Origin: Octopus bimaculoides
Lineage: Eukaryota
Direction of reading: 5' to 3'
Assembly (NCBI RefSeq): GCF_001194135.2
Contig: NC_068997.1
Coordinates: 11,075,730 to 11,139,729, forward strand
Length of the DNA: 64,000 bases
This document shows positions 26,960 through 40,109 of this stretch, piece by piece (position 1 is the first letter of the stretch; the number at the start of each line of letters is the position of its first letter). The position numbers were made by a program, and so were the translations under genes. The notes beneath the pieces are model-generated. The model saw only the letters and a list, made by a program, of their open reading frames with translations, was not told the DNA's origin and searched no databases.

Positions 26960-28000
26960 GAATCGGTAGACAGAATGATATTCTGTTTAGCATAAAATCC
27001 CAGAAATTGAAAAGACGAACGTTTCAAAAGTATGAAACGGGAGCAAATGTTATTTTATAGAGATCAATATTACTCATTCCTTGAATAAATATTACTTGTT
27101 GACGTACCTTCAAATATATCGATTTCATATTATATTTTAAAGCGTCAGCACTGCTGATATGGAGCGCCGATTTCAGAAAGACATTTCATGAATGACATAT
27201 CATACAATACGGACACTTAGAAAATAATAAAACACTAGAAAGATCAAAGTGTCAGAAACACTAAGCTTTGACTGCAACATCGAGAAATGTATCAGCCATT
27301 AGAAATTATATATATTTAGAACTGCATCACTGTCAAAGAAATGTATTTAAAATTGTTGCACATATCCACACTGATTTAGTTTAATGTTGTTTTAGAAAGT
27401 AAACCTAATAAAGCATTACATTGATATTTGGTCCCCGAGGCTTCACTATAGTTTACAGAATATAATTTTTTCGTATATTCGTGACTTCAAAAATCTTCAA
27501 AATCGAAATGCATTGACAACAATATTTGCTGTGTGGGGCATAAGCTGAACAGTCCCCATTTAGTATCTGCATAATTTATGGGTGTCCAATGTTTCAATGG
27601 ATAACACTGGATATTTCATTCCTTGACAGTCATCAATTTTACACAATAGAAATATATGTATACGTGGGTACACGTATAAATGATTTAATAGTGTAGTTTA
27701 AAGCTAAAATTTAAGAGTAATACCAAATATTTAGGAGTGTATGGGTATTCTTGTACATCCAGATGGAAACTGTGCACACATGTATCATATTCCAGACTTC
27801 ATTTGGTCGGATAGGTCACAGAGAACACTATACAAATCCCTACAAATACACATATTTATACATATATACATGCACACACACGCACAGCTACACACAGCCA
27901 CACAGATACATACGCAGATACACATCCATATATACGCATATACATACATACATACAAACATGCATACATGTATTCATATAGGGATATATATATATATATA

Positions 28001-28543
28001 NNNNNNNNNNNNNNNNNNNNNNNNNNNNNNNNNNNNNNNNNNNNNNNNNNNNNNNNNNNNNNNNNNNNNNNNNNNNNNNNNNNNNNNNNNNNNNNNNNNN
28101 NNNNNNNNNNNNNNNNNNNNNNNNNNNNNNNNNNNNNNNNNNNNNNNNNNNNNNNNNNNNNNNNNNNNNNNNNNNNNNNNNNNNNNNNNNNNNNNNNNNN
28201 NNNNNNNNNNNNNNNNNNNNNNNNNNNNNNNNNNNNNNNNNNNNNNNNNNNNNNNNNNNNNNNNNNNNNNNNNNNNNNNNNNNNNNNNNNNNNNNNNNNN
28301 NNNNNNNNNNNNNNNNNNNNNNNNNNNNNNNNNNNNNNNNNNNNNNNNNNNNNNNNNNNNNNNNNNNNNNNNNNNNNNNNNNNNNNNNNNNNNNNNNNNN
28401 NNNNNNNNNNNNNNNNNNNNNNNNNNNNNNNNNNNNNNNNNNNNNNNNNNNNNNNNNNNNNNNNNNNNNNNNNNNNNNNNNNNNNNNNNNNNNNNNNNNN
28501 NNNNNNNNNNNNNNNNNNNNNNNNNNNNNNNNNNNNNNNNNNN
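28001..28543. other. Assembly gap (N)
   Basis: N run. Confidence 1.
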
Positions 28544-28725
28544 ATATATATATCGATGTTGGCATGTTGATGTCTCCGTAACTTAGCGGTTCGGCAAATA
28601 GACCGATAGAATAAGTACTAGGCTTACAAAGAACAAGTCCTGGGGTCGATTTGTTCGACTGAAAGGCGGTGCTCCAGCATGGCCGCAGTCAAATCACTGA
28701 AACATATATAAGAATAAAAGAATGC
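28544..28725 (+). mobile_element. SINE 3' half with a LINE-like tail
   Basis: cgtaacttagcggttcggc..gatagaataagtactaggcttacaaag..ctggggtcgatttgttcgact..aaggcggtgctccagcatggccgcagtc...aagaataaaagaat. Confidence 0.85.
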
Positions 28726-29024
28726 AAGAATACGAATTAGAAATCCAAATATGTTGACGTTTGCAAGATGCTTACGGTCTCTTGCACAAACTTTAACGAT
28801 ATCAACATTGCGAATATTTCGTCTGCGCAATCACTGACAGACATAAAAAAATGAATCAAATAATGGCACTTAGTAACATGTTCGCATGCCATAAAATATT
28901 TATGTCACAGATGATTTTGAATGTAGAGAAACATATCTTCAAAACTTGAATTATTCATGCCTTTCGATAGGAATTGGCCTAAGGAAGCGTTCGTATTAAA
29001 CAATACAGATTATACGTATATATA

Positions 29025-29340
29025 TATGCTCCCTAGAAGAGAAACTAATAAGAATGATGTATGTCGAATACCAGACCGCTTAGATGCTATCTTATCGTGA
29101 TTTGAATCTAAAAAAGAAACAAAACTTTATACTGAAGGATAGAGTCAACAAAGTTCTTCCCTCTAGTTAAGAATCAAAGGAAACATGTAAATATTCTGTA
29201 GAGAACTGGTTCTCTCTACTCTGGATATAAAACTAAAGAAATATGTAAATAGAATTCTTGACAGTATTCATATTGTCTTCCCTAGGCATGAATCTAAAGA
29301 CACATGAATATGGAATTAGAGTAATCTAGACAATTTCTTT
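29025..29340. repeat. Decayed minisatellite, about 60-65 bp period, 3-5 copies
   Basis: Recurring tcttccct...aatc(t)aaag.aa.atg.aa.a(t/g) core near 29155, 29212 and 29276; weaker at 29028 and 29091. Confidence 0.4.
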
Positions 29341-29569
29341 GATCTTTAGTTTCGATGCGAATGTATTCTTCTATAAATCTGTAAATTATTCTACGTAAGT
29401 CTATCCATTTCAATGTCAAAGAAATTTGTGTATAGGAAGAAAGATAAATTCACATGAATGTTGTCAGTTTGGGAAACCTATGCGTTGAGAGTACAAATAC
29501 TGAAATATTTGATATTGAAATTAATGGAATCATTCTATTAGTTCGGTGTCTGTAAACTATGGGTGTGCG

Positions 29570-29571
29570 TA

Positions 29572-29604
<33 letters not shown>

Positions 29605-29775
29605 ATGTCCACCCCCACTTACATGCAATTATGCACACTTGGATACACAGATACATAAGTCCCAAAAGCACTCACAGAAAAATCCATACCAATATATATT
29701 AAGAAATTTACATACCATACTATTCCATACATAAAAGCATATGTTTGCATATGTCTGTGCACACACACACACACG

Positions 29776-29807
<32 letters not shown>

Positions 29808-29952
29808 CTCATACATACATACACACATTCGCACACACTCATACACTCATACACACACGTATATATGTGTGTGTGAGTGTGTGTGCTTGCGCTTGTGCGT
29901 GTGTGTTTGTGCATATGTGCATGCGTGTGTATGTATATGTGTGTGTGTGTGT
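29570..29952. repeat. Compound (CA)n/(TG)n low-complexity tract
   Basis: Directly visible. Confidence 0.9.
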
Positions 29953-30654
29953 ATCTGTAAAAGGAGGTGGAGGAAACAGTACACAAATATCAAAGGAAGT
30001 GTAAAATATAGTGTTGCATTGAAGTTGGTAAACTTCCAAAATTGTTACTGCTAGTTTCGTGCCCGATCTTCACACTCAAATGAACTCTTTGAACAGTACA
30101 AAAGTTTACAAGTGTTTCTACGCAGTATTGTGAATTTAATTTTCTATCTCCTCAAATAAATATGTAGAACTTATTAAATAGTATGTTATGTACTTTCGAA
30201 GTTATTGGAACCTTTTCGATTCTACGATTGACAACTTACGAAATTTAACAGCATTAAAAGCCACCTTTTTATCGAATAAAACTGAATAGCATAACTCGAA
30301 TTTCTGCACAATAGTAGTCATAATAATAACATAAGAGGAAATAATAATTTTAGAGAAGAAGCATTTAAGAAATATGCGGAATAACAAATACAAAAAATTG
30401 AGGCCCAGTAAATATTACGGAGCGTAAATAATTTACTCTAACACAAAATCGGTGAAAGTGTGTTCATATACTTTTTGAATAACTTTTTCTGCTTGCGTGT
30501 CCATTTATTTTGTGTGTACAGCGCATCCCACAAGTAGTATATTAAATCTCTTTTTATATAATTTCCCTATCTAAAGCATGTTTTCTCATCGATCCTATAT
30601 ACAAAGTATCTGTGTGTTTGTGTGCATGTATATATACATACATACGTACATACA

Positions 30655-30686
<32 letters not shown>

Positions 30687-32203
30687 AATATATTTGTATA
30701 AGCAAACACACTAGGCACAAAACTATCTCAAACTCTTCCTGCCAGCGCGCTTTGCTACATTTTATTTATCTCATAATCACCATTTCTTTCTCTTCATATT
30801 ACACACATCCGCTTTCACATTTTTCATGAATTCCCTTTATATTCTCTGAAGAGCAATTAACAAACAGCGAACAGTCCATCTTAGATAATCCTATCTTCTT
30901 TACACTGCACGTTAATACCACAGAGTGCCTGTGTTTACATTATTAATTCGTCTTCAATGACGCTGTCTTCGGAATATTTAAATATGGTTTAGATATTCTT
31001 GATTTACACTGGTATGTGCATAGAAAATTGCTGTTTAAATAGGGACAAGTCATTCAAAGCATACATACACAATTTAGTCTATCGACTGATGCGTAGGCCT
31101 GATATATGTGTCGCTTGTGCAGCAGAGAGAGTGTAATCGATTATAGATCGGAACCTGAACACATAGACGGGCTAACTTTGGGTATATAGACTGAGAGGTT
31201 GTTAATGAAGTTTACATATGTATATATATGTATATATGATCATAGCTATATACATATACATAAGACCTCACGTTCCTTGAATCTGAATATATATGTATTG
31301 TGTGTGCGCGTGTGTGTGGATGTGTTTGGGAATATGTGTGCGTGTATTTGCACGCGCGTATCTATTTCAGTTTCTTTAGAGAAATTAATATAACATAATT
31401 GATCATAATGATGGCGACCACGAATGGAGAGCTGGAAATAAAATACTCGTATATAAATTAACAAAAATACAAGTATCATATATATTTGCCGTGAGTTGTA
31501 TTTTTGCAGACAGATTAGCCGTAAGTAGAAGTGTGAACATATTGACAGGCTATTCATCCCGAAGGAACAGAATATAGACAACTCTGAGAAGCGATAATTT
31601 AAGAAGGCGTCAGTCAAAGTGTCAGAATGAAACGCTATAGTTTTACATTTAGCGACATTACTTAAAAAAAGGAATAAAAGATTTCACTTTTTTTCCTTGA
31701 AGCAACTTATAGAATATTAGAAGGCTAGTAAATATTTGTACTCAGTATAAAAGAATTAAAATAATTGCAAAGAAATACAAAGTAATATTCTAAAAACAAG
31801 AATTTTATCGGAAATAAATTATCTTTAAAATTAAAGCAATTATAAATAACCCGAAGTAAAACACGAGGCTTATCGATTAATATTTATAACTATCTTTTTT
31901 ATAGTATAATTGAGATTGATATATCTCATTTATTTATGTCATCCCATTAGTCAATAGAAACATCTCCTCAAAATGTAATCCTTCTAACTGGAACATTTGA
32001 CATAAGTCTAACTGTATGATGTGTTGTCGAAGCATTCAGCATTGACTGGTTTTCATTACCTCCAGCGAGTCGTTTATTTCCAGTAGATTCGAATCAGTAA
32101 TAAATTAACCACATCCAGACTTAAACAGTTAGGTATCTATATAAATTGCACTTGACCACTTAACCAATTCAACTCGTTCATTTTTTTTTTTTTGTTTGCG
32201 TAG

Positions 32204-32370
32204 TCGAGATAAATTCCATGGTTTCCATTCTGATATCAGTTTTAATAATAATGAGAGGAATAGTTCTTTACTTAATAATAATTCAATTGTTGACGGATCA
32301 AGTAGGGGTGGAACTTTCTTTTGTGACTGCAGAAAAAAAGAAAATTGTTTATTTGGACATTTTTGTAAAC
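32204..32370 (+). CDS. Candidate exon (-RDKFHGFHSDISFNNNERNSSLLNNNSIVDGSSRGGTFFCDCRKKENCLFGHFCK-)
   Basis: Long T tract plus gcgtag acceptor. Two frames are open; the 3' boundary abuts the gap at 32374-32770. Confidence 0.15.
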
Positions 32371-32373
32371 GTA

Positions 32374-32770
32374 NNNNNNNNNNNNNNNNNNNNNNNNNNN
32401 NNNNNNNNNNNNNNNNNNNNNNNNNNNNNNNNNNNNNNNNNNNNNNNNNNNNNNNNNNNNNNNNNNNNNNNNNNNNNNNNNNNNNNNNNNNNNNNNNNNN
32501 NNNNNNNNNNNNNNNNNNNNNNNNNNNNNNNNNNNNNNNNNNNNNNNNNNNNNNNNNNNNNNNNNNNNNNNNNNNNNNNNNNNNNNNNNNNNNNNNNNNN
32601 NNNNNNNNNNNNNNNNNNNNNNNNNNNNNNNNNNNNNNNNNNNNNNNNNNNNNNNNNNNNNNNNNNNNNNNNNNNNNNNNNNNNNNNNNNNNNNNNNNNN
32701 NNNNNNNNNNNNNNNNNNNNNNNNNNNNNNNNNNNNNNNNNNNNNNNNNNNNNNNNNNNNNNNNNNNNNN
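32374..32770. other. Assembly gap (N)
   Basis: N run. Confidence 1.
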
Positions 32771-33578
32771 ATATATATATATATATATATATATACATAT
32801 GCACATGAATCTTTTCATCGCGTGACGTGTTATAAAAACTGTTTAACATCAACCAGTCAATAGTTTTCTTGAGGATATATTTATTATACGTTGAACAGAA
32901 AGACCACAACACTGACTCACGAGTCTTTCTCACCTCTGTTCGTGTAAAAACAATAAATGTTCACTCAATCACACACAGACACACACACACACACTCACAC
33001 AAACGCATATGTGTTTTTGTATGTATGCATTTTTAATATATGCCCATGGCTCTCATACGTACACGCATACACGCGTATATGTATGTTTAATCAAAGTAGT
33101 TATGTATTGTGATTATGCACGGAATGTTTTTTTATACCTAATTCTTTGAATTAGTTGTATGTGTATACGAATGTATGTGAGTGTGCTTATAAGTACCTAG
33201 TTATGTGTATTCAAGCATTTTGAGAGTGTATGCTTTGTGTTTATATGTTTAATAAAAGTTATTCATTAGTGTCCTTGTCGCTTTGCATCTCTCACTCACG
33301 CTGCTGGACATATACGAATCAACTGATTCTGGGTAAGACACCTATAATTAGTGGTTATATCATGGTCATTCAGATATTTCAGGGCAGAACCAAATCACAG
33401 CAGGAACTTAATATAGAGATTGCAGCTTCTGTCCAACTAACTACTTCAGCAGAAACATTTCCGAGGAAACCTGGGAACTAGGTGTGAAGTGAAAGTTAAT
33501 CGCCCACCATATGGTGCTCCAGTATGGCCAAATCATTTCGTTGAAATTGGTAACATGTATACATACACACACACGCAC

Positions 33579-33638
<60 letters not shown>

Positions 33639-34199
33639 TATGTGTTGTGCGTGTGAATACATGCATATTTTTGCTTGTGTGTACATGAGAGAAAATATTA
33701 ATCGCAATTAAGTGATCTGGTGCTATAGTCTTCGACTTTGTGCTTGGGTTAATCTTCATTTAAGCAGCTTTATCAGCGAGAAACTACTGGACATCAAAGC
33801 ATCCTAACGGTTATCATTTATAATACCGTTTTGCGTTTGTCCACTAAAAGGAAACCTAAATCTTTCTCAAACTCATTAAAGAGAATGAAAGATTATCTGG
33901 AGGTAAAACTGCCAGTTTCTGCTGAACATGCAAAACATGTAATCAAATGACTTTACCACGACCCTCCTATTTATAATAAAACTATTTCTTGTACGTCCAT
34001 GTGCTATTTGAAAATTATTAAACGTGAACTGAGTATAATACATTATTTTCCTGTGAAAAGGAAATCTGTGTCCATTTCCGTAGGTAGTGACCCGAGACTG
34101 TTAGAGGAAATAATCTCCACACCGGAAACTTTACTCGAATTATTACAATAGAGTGGACAGCGATAGTGTCGCTGAAGTTACCAGATTCAAACCGAGAGA

Positions 34200-34378
34200 G
34201 GGAATAAATCAAACAACCAAGTATGTCATGGCTGGATTTGAACTCAGTTTAAAGACGTGGAGAAATACGGTATCCTATCTGACGTTCTTACTGTTCAACT
34301 AATTCATCATCATTGTTTGGTTCTTTTATTCTCAGCATTATTCTATCCGACGTTCTAATGATTTCGCCAAAATGATAC
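34200..34378 (-). mobile_element. Very degenerate family-A-like SINE
   Basis: gatttgaactcag..aaagacg..gaaatac..gacgttctaatgatttcgcca. Confidence 0.35.
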
Positions 34379-34734
34379 CTAGTTGTAACTTTTATTGAAG
34401 GTTAGCGTCTTCCAATCTCTTAATCCTTTCCAAATTGTACAAACGTTAAACAGCGGAAGCCTTAACAAACGCTGAGGGAACAAGCCAACGAATTAACATA
34501 TGAATATTGATCTAACTGCTGAATACTTTACAGTACATATTCCGCTTTAAACCTGGCGAGTGGACTAATAAGATATACTAAATTACCGTTGTTTCAAAAT
34601 GGGTGTTATTAGATTTCATAATGAGATATAACACCATTATATTAACAGACTTTTGAAACTGTATGCCTGACATAACCGAAACAAGTGTACGTCGCTATAA
34701 TGATTTTAAAATTTGAATCCTAACGCAGAGTAAT

Positions 34735-34846
34735 ATGTCACGGCGGACAATTGTGCCAGTGTTGGCACTTTTGATTTTTCCAATATATTGTGCACATGTC
34801 ACATTGAAAACTGGTGCACAGTATCTAGAAGGAAACATTACCACAT
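34735..34846 (+). CDS. Candidate first coding exon with signal peptide (MSRRTIVPVLALLIFPIYCA-HVTLKTGAQYLEGNITT-)
   Basis: cctaacgcag acceptor (ctaac branch-like) 6 nt before the ATG; basic n-region, hydrophobic h-region, small-residue c-region; NIT sequon. The donor (ACAT|gtatat) is weak. Confidence 0.3.
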
Positions 34847-36386
34847 GTATATATCCTTTTATTTTAGAAATAAGTGTTGAGATATGACAAAAACTTTCTA
34901 TTTTCATCCTGAGTATGATGTTCTTGCATATTCTTCACGTTAGGCAGTTTCTTACGGCAATTATTTAGAAATTCCAAATATCTTAAGCACACATAATCTG
35001 TTTTGTATTTTGTTACTCTCATTCGCCGAAATAGACATAAATATTCACCTTCATGATTCAGTATGTTAAATTTCCACCTTTGTCAAGTATGAAATAAGTT
35101 GCCAGATTAGTTTCATCGTGGCTCCAAATGTTTTGCAGTATTTTGTTCTTGCATTTTACGTTCTCGTGTCGTCATACGATGTCTGGTAAAGTCAAGGAGC
35201 ATAAATAGAAAAGTAGTAAAATACAGAAGTTATTGAATACGTCTTCAACTTATGCCACATGCTCTTAAAGATTTATACGTTATCAGCTTGGTAAAGGTAT
35301 TAACTGTGTGTTATTGTTTAACGTTAAAATTAGTATTTACATGAAGTGCATGAATAGATGATAAAACACCATAAAATGTTAACTCTTAAAGCTAAAACTA
35401 TATTTATCTGTAGTTTCATATATTTTAAACAGTATTCGTAATCCGGTATTTCAATAAATGCAACTGATCTGACACATGGGTTAACGACGGCAAAAAAGAG
35501 AAAAAAGAAAAAAAGATGCACTCACAAAACATAGATATCTAAAATGTTCATAACATATATAACATCTATAATCCAGCTTATAAGATATGAAACAAATAAG
35601 AACTACTAAAGCTTCTTAGAATCATGTTTGGCAGGAATAGCTTAAAGAAAATTCACATTAAGTTAAACAATATCACCTTCGCATGTCGGCTGTTACTAAA
35701 ATATTTAATTAAGATAACAGTAAAAAAAGATTAGCTACACATTAAATATTTGTGAAACGAAAAGTTGCAATAACTAGTATGTTTTCTACTATTTGAGCAG
35801 ATAGGGGAGATATATTTCTGTGATTTTGAAATCATCTCCGAAACATAGACTTGAATGTATAACCAGAAATATTAATGAAAGAAAATCACAAAGAAAATGT
35901 AGAATATCATTTACTTGTTAGCGTAATAAAAAACATTGTTTGGGGGATGGAGAATAAATAATGCGAACATACGAGCAACGTATCAGAAAATGAAAATGCA
36001 GTAAAAATAATGTAATAAATATGACATTCTGTTTGCACTGTTCACATATATCACATTCGAGCGGAAACATGCATTCTAGATGTAACTCTCTGGTGCAAAC
36101 TGTATGCCAGCCATTTACGAACACCGTTTTATATTTTTTATATAAGGAGTTGTCGGTTGAAACTTTAAATTCTGGACAGTAAGATTCGAATTAAAAGTCA
36201 TTTTATATTTATACGGTATGTATATGTAGGAATTATGTGTGATAACATTTTTCATAAACTAAAACGTTATATATGACTAGGTCCCGTTTTAAATACAAAG
36301 GAATTATATAAAGTAGTAGAGCCCATGCAAATTGCGCCTTTTATGAAAGATGTACCTTTTTTGAAAGCTGTTCATGATACACTTAC

Positions 36387-36484
36387 TTCATTGGTATCGA
36401 TTATGTTATCGATTCCTTCTATATCTATAGTTGTACAAAGCAGATATTCCAATACATTATCAATTTTTCTGTGTGCGTATGATA
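36387..36484 (-). CDS. Candidate 98-nt internal exon (-SYAHRKIDNVLEYLLCTTIDIEGIDNIIDTNE)
   Basis: cttatctattccag acceptor, perfect GAA|gtaagt donor, single open frame (phase 1 to 0). Confidence 0.25.
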
Positions 36485-36615
36485 CTGGAATAGATAAGCT
36501 CATCATAACACGATACTATATATTTTCTATCTATAATATATAGAGAGTATAACTTATTTTATAGATTAGCTGGTAAACACTTAAACTGATTCGCAATTTG
36601 TGTGCATATAATATG

Positions 36616-36619
<4 letters not shown>

Positions 36620-36663
<44 letters not shown>

Positions 36664-36724
36664 TATTCATATACATACCTATATATATATATATACACGC
36701 ACACATATACATATACGTGGCGGT

Positions 36725-36783
<59 letters not shown>
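36620..36783. repeat. (TA)n-rich tract
   Basis: Directly visible. Confidence 0.95.
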
Positions 36784-36784
<1 letters not shown>

Positions 36785-36952
36785 TGCGGTAGAGGCACAT
36801 GAGAGTCCCTGGGAGAGGGAAGGAGATAATCGTTTCTAAGCATAAATTCTCTGGCGAATTTGTTTTCAGGAAGTGAAAAGAATGAGAAGAGCATACGTTT
36901 TATAATGCATATTTTATCATCATCATCATCATAATCATCATCATCATCATTT

Positions 36953-37525
36953 TCATAAACACTCAATAGACTGTTGGAAAAGAAAAGAATCCTAACATCG
37001 GGTTTCAGCAAGTAACCTTAGATGCCATGAACCATGCTATTGGGTTACAGCAAATGTGCTTACATGCCAAGAACCTTCCGGACTATCCTAGCTGTCCATA
37101 AAAAACGCTGTTTTGCGGACCTGTAATAAACTGGATTTTATGCCTATTTCCTCTATCCATCTGTTAAAATGTATAGGGAGAGTTCTCAGTGCACCTACAA
37201 ATACTGCGGTACATTTTACCCGCACCTTCGATAGTCTCTCTCTAATTCAATAGCTAGGTCCTGGCATTTTGCTTTTTTCTATACCTATCATAAATCTTTT
37301 TCAGCATTTGGGACTGGAAAATCAATTATTTGGCACTCTTTATCTCTTTATCTACTACAACCAAATGAAGGCGTCTAACTTCTATTAATCTGTCAGTCCG
37401 AACGTTAGAGTCCCACAACATCTTGTATCTGTTAGTTTCTAGTATCTTACTAGGTTCATTTACTAGGTTCAAATCCTAGCTTTCCACATGGCTCTCAGTG
37501 GATTGCTCTCCCTAGTTTGTCATGT
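36953..37525 (-). mobile_element. R4/Dong-clade retrotransposon 3' fragment (RLE plus 3'UTR)
   Basis: HDKLGRAIH*EPCGKLG, RYKMLWDSNVRTDRLIEVRRLHLVVVDKE, KCQDLAIELER, VGALRTLP and WTARIVRKVLGM*. 3'UTR motifs (plus-strand catcgggttt and accatgctatt) are shared with 178-577; degenerate (TGA)n tail. Confidence 0.85.
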
Positions 37526-37649
37526 CTTTTCTTGAATTCTGTCTGTGCCAAGATACTACATTCACTTACATTATGAGTAATGTACTATATGAATACATGC
37601 TATATTCACTTACTATATTATTATTGTTATTATCATTATTATTATTGTT

Positions 37650-37766
37650 GTTTTTTTCTTCTTCAAATTTTCTTCCATTTCTCGCCGAGCGTTTCCCGTA
37701 CACTTAGCACCTGCAGAGTATAAAGCAAGATATGACAATATGTCGGCATTATAAAATCAAAACCGC
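37650..37766 (-). mobile_element. Short unclassified element end between TAA arrays, possibly another RLE-LINE 3'UTR
   Basis: Non-microsatellite island bounded by TTA-type arrays; no coding motif recognised. Confidence 0.3.
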
Positions 37767-37827
<61 letters not shown>

Positions 37828-37838
37828 GTTATTATTAT
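37767..37838. repeat. (TTA)n microsatellite, tail of the element at 37839
   Basis: Directly visible. Confidence 0.98.
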
Positions 37839-38190
37839 ATTGTCTTTACACAGCTTCTAACACTGGAGATGTGATACGGTGTCAGCTTTTCATTGCCAGT
37901 GAACTAAGGTATCACCCCTTATTTTTCGAACACCATCGGAGTATTCGAGCGGTTCCAAGCAGTATTGTTTTCATTGTTTGTATTTTTGAAAAAAATGAAT
38001 TCCAATAAATATTTGCGTTTATGTTATTAAGTATATTTTGGTCATCTCCAACATAAATGTTGACGATCTTTTAGAAACGTATAGTTAAACTGCGCTTGTA
38101 CTTAAGGGCTTGCATGTGTAAGTTTCAAATATCTTACACTTGCAAGGTTCATAATTAAAGTCAGTAGCTTTACCTTGATAACATCTTTAT
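37839..38190 (-). mobile_element. R4/Dong-clade retrotransposon 3' end, different subfamily
   Basis: IQTMKTILLGTARILR terminal motif, then a distinct 3'UTR running into (TAA)n. Confidence 0.75.
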
Positions 38191-38888
38191 AAACCTGCCA
38201 GTATAATTGAGGAGACAATAAGACTCTTTTAGTATTCTTGATAACAGTAACTCACTTGTGTTACAGCATGTCTGTGATTTCAACAATGTTTCTCACTTTC
38301 ATTCTGTATATTGTTTTGTACTTGTAAGATACATTGAAGACATTACTTTATTTACATTAAGTAACTTATGTATTACTATAGATTGTCACTTATTTATTGA
38401 AAACACTTTAATTCATTGTGTCTGGCGGAAAGTAAAATAGTATAGAATATACACATATTTTTTGACAAAGGAAATGCCGCTACGACTGCTAATGAAAAGG
38501 AGAGGGGGTGGCGAAGAGCAAGCGCAAGAGGATAGCAGACAAAAGAAATGTGTGTGAAATTAGATTGTTTCTCTACGCAATCACATGTTTCTCGTCTTCC
38601 GACTCCCCGTCCTCCTCATATACATCACAATTCTGACGATCATCATTGTTATTATAAATCTTCTTTTTGTGTTATAGAACAAACATAATCTATATTATTT
38701 TATTTTTTATGACTTTATCGATCTGAATGTTAGATTACCAGAATTAATGCACCAAATTACCATATTTATCACAAGCATATGCATATTATAAATATTTCTA
38801 TTTAAATGTTTTTTCTTATTTATCCAAAAGACTTCTGTGTGTCCGTGATTGAATTGCATCTGTAGTTTATATTTCATCTTTTAAAATA

Positions 38889-39090
38889 AGCGCAAGCGTG
38901 GCCGTGTGGTAAGAAGTCTGCTTCCTAACAACATGGTCCTGCGTTTAGTCTCACTGCGTGGCACCAATAATATAAGTACCAGGCTTACAAATAATAAATC
39001 CTGGGGTTGATTCCTTCGACTAAAAAAAAAAGCGATTCTCCATCATGGACGGAGTCAAATAACTCAAGTGAAAGAATACAAAAAGGAAAC
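38889..39090 (+). mobile_element. tRNA-derived SINE (family B, gtggccgtgtggtaagaag head), internally deleted
   Basis: tRNA-like head, cactgcgtggcacc, aagtaccaggctta, cctggggttgattccttcgactaa, degenerate LINE-type tail. Confidence 0.8.
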
Positions 39091-39509
39091 TTAAAAATTG
39101 GTATCTCTGTTATTTTGGGCAGATAAAATAATCACGTAAATATACATTCTGATGACGATGCTGCTGTTAATGCTCCACTCCATCTTTAGTACATGACAAG
39201 CTCTAATCAACGATACCTGTGTGCGAAGCTCTCCCGGAGAATCTAAATTATTCAATTTGATTCGCCGCAAGTGAAATCGATGGCGGAAGATCCAAAGTAA
39301 AATAATTATTAGCGCAGCAGAGTATGATGCGAGAGCGATTTATGTTCCTTTCCGAGCAAGTGTAGAGATTAAGACTAATATCATTCAGTGACAGATATGA
39401 TAGAAATATCTACATAAGGAATTTCAGTTCTAACACAAATAATTAGAAAAACAGTTACAAAAATGGAAGTAATATTGTGTATAAATTTACAGGCAATATC
39501 TTATATATG

Positions 39510-39540
<31 letters not shown>

Positions 39541-40078
39541 TGTAAGTATGGAGATGGCTTGATTCATAGTACATTAGTCACGCACTACCTGCCAGCCATA
39601 AATGAAAGAATGTTTTGTGAAGACGATTACACTTGAGGTTGAATGCAGAATGAAAACACCCCACCCACACAGACGCACATCCACACATACCCATATACAC
39701 ACACACACATACACATATGCACACACATATACACACAAACTCACGTGCACGCACACACATACATTCACACACACAAACACACACATAAGTAATGGAGTTT
39801 AATCGGTTAGAAGAATGTGACGATTCGCTACGAAGACACTCCAGAGCAATGCTGAAATGTTTTGCACTGGTGAAATGTTTCACCATACGATAAATATCTG
39901 TCACTTAGTACAAATATTTCGTAGGATATATGTGTAATATATTGATTGATTAGTGCTATTACATTGATTTTTATCGCATTGTTAATGTATTGTGGGGATT
40001 TTATTAATTAGCAGCTATATTAACAATAAATGAAGAGACACACACTCATGCAAAGACAGACGAAAGACACAGACATAG

Positions 40079-40109
<31 letters not shown>

